Below, one piece after another: positions 24,718-29,281 of a stretch of 29,281 bases of DNA (its first letter is position 1; the number at the start of each line of letters is the position of its first letter). The translations under genes and the position numbers were made by a program. The stretch is taken from the sequence record DRR723986_13540; one strand, given 5' to 3'. Below the pieces are notes generated by a model. It saw nothing but the letters and a program-made list of their open reading frames with translations. It ran no database searches and was not told the origin of the DNA.

Positions 24718-27700
24718 TTAATCAATTCCTAATACTTTTTTTGCCTTATCAAGACTCATTGGATCGTATTTATGGAAAGCCTTTATTTCTGCATCCACAA
24801 AACCTTCACCTATTAATCTAGCCTTAATTGCTTCGGCTTCTTCGTAAGAATACGTGTTTTCTGAGAAGAAAATCAACTCTTCATCAAAAGTTTCTTCTCG
24901 TAAAATATTTTCTTCAGGGTTTTCAAACAATAATGCAGTAAACTCTGCCGGAATTTCTTTATAGAATCTTCCTACCTCGACATGGAAATATATTGCGTCT
25001 TTGTTATATAAATAGGGATCCGCATCCACTCCTTCATGGTGCTCGTACTTCGTTAATTTCCCAATAGGTTCCCCATTCGCAATTTTTTCGGCTTGTAACA
25101 TAGGAATTGCATCATATTGATAGTAAGATACAATCTCCATATCTTCAAAACCTAACTCACCAAACTCTCTCAGTTTTTCTTCAATATCATCTAATGATTT
25201 CAATTTAGTTGATAGCAAGTAAGTAGTTCCTTCAACATCCTCTTCCGTTTCTAAAAGGTCTTCTGTTTGTAAAAGGATTGTTGCGTATTCACCAGGAATT
25301 TCTTCTTTGTATCTACCCATTAAAACTCTATAGTAAACGCCATCTGCAAAATACTCTTCTTCATTCTCAACAACTTCTTCTTTTTTCAGAGAAACCACCT
25401 CAGCATCTTTGAAACCTTTTGATTTCAATTCCTCCATTCTGTCTTCAGCTCCAGCTTTCGACTCATAGGTTCCTACAAAGTACAATACATTATCTTCAAT
25501 ATCTGAAACTGAAAGAATCCCTTCGTTTTGATTGTTTAATAGCAAGTCAGTAAACTCTACTGGCACTCTTCCATTAAAGTATCCTAAATTAATTCTATAA
25601 GGAGGGCCATTATCCCCATCAGCCTGATCAGAAAGTAATCCTTTATCTTCTTGATTGTCTGTTGTATCAACATTCGTGGTATCCGTATTTGTGGTGTCTA
25701 CATTTGTAGTATCAGTATTTGTGGTATCTGTATTCGTTGTATCCACAGTTGTGGTATCAGTATTATCATTGTTTGCACTGTTATCTGAGTTTGCAAAATT
25801 TGCATCTTTATTTGAAGCAGAATTAAACAATACATCTTCACCAAATTGCGACAATAACTCATTTGCTTCAGCAATTGTAATACGCTCTCCATTAAAGTAA
25901 GCCGTTACAAATGCATCTTGTACTCCTATTTGTACAGTTTCATTTTTTCGAGTTGTCGCTGCAGGCACACTGGTGTACATACCTGTAGAATATCTGATAT
26001 TTCCGTTCGGTAATTTTTGGCTATTTAATGGCTGAATATTAAACAGAACTGCTGGTCTTACTGGTTTGGTGTAAACCCCAATTTGCACGGTAAAGAATAG
26101 TCCCTTTACAATTTCAACTTGATTTGCCTCAGCTGCACCTGGTACATTTGTGTAGTAAGAAACCAAATTCTCTTCTTGTTCATTGTTAGGTTGGATAGTT
26201 CCACCATTATTGTCGTTAGTTCCGTTATTATCCGTTGTATTGTTGTTCGTAGTGTTATTGTCAGTTGTGTTATTATTTGTTCCGTTATTGTCAGTAGTAT
26301 TGTTATTAGTACCGTTATTATCAGTGGTATTATTGGCTCCGTTGTTATCAGTGGAATTGTTATTGGTGCCATTATTGTTGGTACCGTTATTCGTAAAGTT
26401 TTCATCTGTTACGGTTCCTTCACACTCAATTCTGCCCGCTTCTATTTCTCTTGCTTCGCTGATGGTAATTCTTTCTCCATTACAGTAGGCAACAACGAAG
26501 GCATCTCCATAACCAATTCCCCTGATTTGACCTCTTGCATCATTGGCAGTAGCTTCTTTAGTGAAATAACCAGCCATATAACGCGTCACACCGTTTCCTA
26601 ATTTTTGACCCGATACCGGTGCAAACTCTTTGAAATAATCTTGTGGCAATGGTTTTCTAAAAGCTCCCACTTGCACTTTATATACTAATCCGCTTGTTTT
26701 TTGATCAATCGGAATTTGTTTATCATCACCATAAATTGGATCATCAGTTCGTCTGAAAATATCTGTAGCTAGGACCGTTGGAGCAACGTAATCAGCCGCA
26801 AGTGAATCTTGATTTTGGAATGATTTTTCTCTTGGATCAACATTGTTATCTGCCAAGGCAATCATATCATCCTTTACTTTATCTCCAGCTCTATCTAATA
26901 CGTCATTGGCTTTCTTTAAATCTTGAACCGCCTCATCTTTCAATGATTTCTGAAGCGCTCTTAACGAATCAATTTTTGCTTGATCAGCTTGCACTCCAGG
27001 ATCTTCAGCAACCACTTTATCCACAGCACCACCATCCTGATAACTTACTACAGCGGCTTTTATTTTACGTTTTTGACTGCTTTTGATTTCTTCAATTTGA
27101 TCTTCAATATCATTGGCTTTTTTGAGATTCTCATTGGCAGATTTATTGGCTTCGTAAAATTCTTTATACTCATCTGAAGTTGCAATTTCTTCGGTTGTTT
27201 CATTATCTGGGTTAGATGCCGATTTATTAATTGTTACTGCAACAATTTCATCTTCTTGCTCTTTAATTTTACCGGCATCAGAGCGAATATCATTTGCTTC
27301 AACTCTTAGATCCTCGGCCTTTTTATCCAACTCATCTGCTTCAACAAGTATAGCTTCTTTGTACTTCTTTTTAACCGTATTAGCGCTGTCTCTTAATTCA
27401 TTGGCACGGTCAGTCAAACCATTGGCTTGAATATCCAAGTTATCTGCCTCTTTCAACATTTTAGTTGATTCTCTATCTTCTACATTCTCCGGCACCTCAA
27501 CAATTACTTTCTCTTGATTCTTATTGAAGTTATCTACCACTCTAGCAGTTTTGAACACTCTGTTTGCTTGTTCGGTTAAGTTTTTCGCCTCATTTTCTTT
27601 ATCTAAAGCCTCCGTTAAAATTTCATTTGATTTAATTGGATCTTTTTCTTTAGCCGCCTCATCTCTCAATTCATCAGCTTCAACCATTAGCACTTCTGCT

Positions 27701-29280
27701 TGCTTTAGTTTACGATTTGCCTCTTGAACTTCTTCGTCTTCAGGGTTATTGGCAGAAGCAATCACCTGATCAATTTGGCTGTCTTCTTTATCAGCTTGAT
27801 ACTCGGCATCATTGGCAATGGCCAAATCAGTAATTACTTGATTTTCAACTTTTGCAAGTTTTAATTTCCGCTTATCAATTTGCCCTTGAATTTTAGCTTT
27901 GTCTTTATCGTTATCTGCATTCGCTAATTGATTTTCGAGGTCAGCAATTTCAGTTTTTAGCTTTTGAATTTCTGTTAGGTTGCCAGCATTATCACTTAGA
28001 ACTTCTTTTGCTGCATCTGTTCCGAAATCATTTTCGTTTAAATCTTCAACTGACTTGTTATTACTAGAAAGGTCAGAGCTGCCTAAGTTTGCAAGACGCT
28101 CATTGTTCTCTGCAATTTCATTTCTTTTTAATTCTTTAAGCTCTTCTAACTTGTCTAATTCTTCAGTGATTACCTCTCCTAGTTCATCATTCTCTTCCCA
28201 CTCTTCTTGAAGGTCAGAGATTTTATTATCAATGGCCTTAATTAACTTCTCATGCAATTCATTCTCACCTTCTAATTTCGTTTTTTCGTCAATGGTTTCA
28301 TCTGATTGCAAAGCGGCCATATCCGATTCATAGTTTGGCATCAATGATCCAATTGTGATTTCAGGTCGGTTAGATCCTGAACTTGCTGCCAATAATTCTT
28401 CAGACTTTTGAATTTTATCTTGCGTATCAGACTTGATATTATTCAAGCTTTCAATTCGCTTATCAATTTTTTCAGAGGCTTCAGGGTTAGAAGATTTAAG
28501 TTGCTGTAACTGTTGAATTTCATTATCAATTTTAGATATCAATCGTTTATTCAAATTGATTTTATTTTGCTCTTTAGTGGCATCATCTTGCAATGCGATA
28601 TTGATGTTATCTAATTCATTAGCGTACTCAGGGAATACTTGTGCAATTGTTGCAGTCTCATCAATATCTAGAGGATCAACATTAGTGGTGTCTGGACCAG
28701 TTGTGTCGCCAGCATTTTGAACAAATTGTTCAGAAGTCAAGATTTCATTTTGCTTGGCAGTTCTGATGTTGCGCATTCCAGTTATCCTTTTTTCTATTTG
28801 GTCGGCTTTATCAGGATTTTCGCTTTTCAAATTGTTCAAACGATCAATTTCACTATCTACCTTCGCTATCAAACGCTTGTTCAAAGCAATCTTATCCTTT
28901 TCTTTTTGAACGGCATCATTACCGCTATTATTAATTGCCGCTAATTCATCTTCGTATTCAGGATAGATATCCTCAACTGCAACAATTTCACTTAAATCTT
29001 TTGGATCAACATTTGATGCTTCTACAGTTCCTCCTTGCTGCTCAATTAAGTCTTCTGATTTCGAAATTTTATTTTCAATATCCGTTCTAATTTTTCGGAT
29101 GTTTGAGATGCGTTTTTCAATTTTATCAGCAGCATCTGGATGGCTAGACTTTAACGATTCCAATCGGCTGATTTCTGAATCGATTTTTTGTAGCGCACTT
29201 TTGTTCACATTGATTTTCGCCTTTTCTCTTTCTACAATATCCGTTGTGCTGCCTTCAATGCTTGATATTTCATTTTCATA
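24718..29280 (-). CDS. Giant acidic coiled-coil protein with SPOR-like domains (5'-truncated, >1500 aa)
   Basis: Frame is open beyond 29208 to the window edge; ~100-aa helical repeats; YKVQVGAF...GYGDAFVVAY and FTVQIGVY...GVQDAFVTAY domains plus three degenerate C-terminal copies. Confidence 0.85.
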   Translation of the reverse strand, partial: YENEISSIEGSTTDIVEREKAKINVNKSALQKIDSEISRLESLKSSHPDAADKIEKRISNIRKIRTDIENKISKSEDLIEQQGGTVEASNVDPKDLSEIVAVEDIYPEYEDELAAINNSGNDAVQKEKDKIALNKRLIAKVDSEIDRLNNLKSENPDKADQIEKRITGMRNIRTAKQNEILTSEQFVQNAGDTTGPDTTNVDPLDIDETATIAQVFPEYANELDNINIALQDDATKEQNKINLNKRLISKIDNEIQQLQQLKSSNPEASEKIDKRIESLNNIKSDTQDKIQKSEELLAASSGSNRPEITIGSLMPNYESDMAALQSDETIDEKTKLEGENELHEKLIKAIDNKISDLQEEWEENDELGEVITEELDKLEELKELKRNEIAENNERLANLGSSDLSSNNKSVEDLNENDFGTDAAKEVLSDNAGNLTEIQKLKTEIADLENQLANADNDKDKAKIQGQIDKRKLKLAKVENQVITDLAIANDAEYQADKEDSQIDQVIASANNPEDEEVQEANRKLKQAEVLMVEADELRDEAAKEKDPIKSNEILTEALDKENEAKNLTEQANRVFKTARVVDNFNKNQEKVIVEVPENVEDRESTKMLKEADNLDIQANGLTDRANELRDSANTVKKKYKEAILVEADELDKKAEDLRVEANDIRSDAGKIKEQEDEIVAVTINKSASNPDNETTEEIATSDEYKEFYEANKSANENLKKANDIEDQIEEIKSSQKRKIKAAVVSYQDGGAVDKVVAEDPGVQADQAKIDSLRALQKSLKDEAVQDLKKANDVLDRAGDKVKDDMIALADNNVDPREKSFQNQDSLAADYVAPTVLATDIFRRTDDPIYGDDKQIPIDQKTSGLVYKVQVGAFRKPLPQDYFKEFAPVSGQKLGNGVTRYMAGYFTKEATANDARGQIRGIGYGDAFVVAYCNGERITISEAREIEAGRIECEGTVTDENFTNNGTNNNGTNNNSTDNNGANNTTDNNGTNNNTTDNNGTNNNTTDNNTTNNNTTDNNGTNDNNGGTIQPNNEQEENLVSYYTNVPGAAEANQVEIVKGLFFTVQIGVYTKPVRPAVLFNIQPLNSQKLPNGNIRYSTGMYTSVPAATTRKNETVQIGVQDAFVTAYFNGERITIAEANELLSQFGEDVLFNSASNKDANFANSDNSANNDNTDTTTVDTTNTDTTNTDTTNVDTTNTDTTNVDTTDNQEDKGLLSDQADGDNGPPYRINLGYFNGRVPVEFTDLLLNNQNEGILSVSDIEDNVLYFVGTYESKAGAEDRMEELKSKGFKDAEVVSLKKEEVVENEEEYFADGVYYRVLMGRYKEEIPGEYATILLQTEDLLETEEDVEGTTYLLSTKLKSLDDIEEKLREFGELGFEDMEIVSYYQYDAIPMLQAEKIANGEPIGKLTKYEHHEGVDADPYLYNKDAIYFHVEVGRFYKEIPAEFTALLFENPEENILREETFDEELIFFSENTYSYEEAEAIKARLIGEGFVDAEIKAFHKYDPMSLDKAKKVLGID
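25657..25758 (-). repeat. Coding 15-bp tandem repeat encoding (DTTNx) x7
   Basis: DTTTV DTTNT DTTNT DTTNV DTTNT DTTNV DTTD. Confidence 0.9.
26203..26395 (-). repeat. Coding low-complexity Asn/Thr/Gly repeat (NNTTDNNGTN-like units)
   Basis: TNNGTNNNGTNNNSTDNNGANNTTDNNGTNNNTTDNNGT...; synonymous variation between units. Confidence 0.9.
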
Positions 29281-29281
29281 T

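Noticed and set aside
25655-28944. Plus-strand and alternative-frame ORFs overlapping the giant gene
   Set aside because: Shadow ORFs produced by low-complexity repeats and codon bias.

Overview
AT-rich bacterial chromosomal DNA, very likely Bacteroidota/Flavobacteriales (T9SS C-terminal domain, TAnnTTTG promoter, MerTP-GDCCVxC pair). It has three zones. (1) 1-9763 is the right-hand part of an integrative element ending in a duplicated tRNA 3' end (aatcctgccgaggtcacca, resembling tRNA-Arg(ACG)) plus a terminator. It carries two excisionase-like HTH genes, a phage-type initiator with internal iterons, a DnaC/IstB-like ATPase, a PD-(D/E)xK nuclease next to a Ppl-type PHP-ABC ATPase, a 600-bp GC-rich multi-hairpin non-coding block closed by an inverted repeat, merTP + GDCCVxC, and a three-gene minus-strand module of unknown, possibly virion/lysis-like, function. 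No integrase, relaxase, terminase or tail gene is visible. (2) 9764-14770 is a patchwork of accessory genes separated by REP-like and tRNA-like repeats. It includes a 3-kb islet bounded by an 84-bp duplication of the 3' end of a fatty-acid desaturase gene. (3) 14770-29281 holds a secreted TPR-CHAT protease, tpx, a tightly coupled Lcp/MpaB-like haem oxygenase + Pyr4/PaxB-like membrane terpene cyclase + stand-alone STAND ATPase operon, a six-repeat Trp/Asp secreted protein, clpS, and a giant 5'-truncated coiled-coil/SPOR-like protein. The best candidates for an undescribed system are the oxygenase-cyclase-STAND operon and the integrative element with its structured 600-nt block. All family calls come from motif recognition by eye; no database searches were run.
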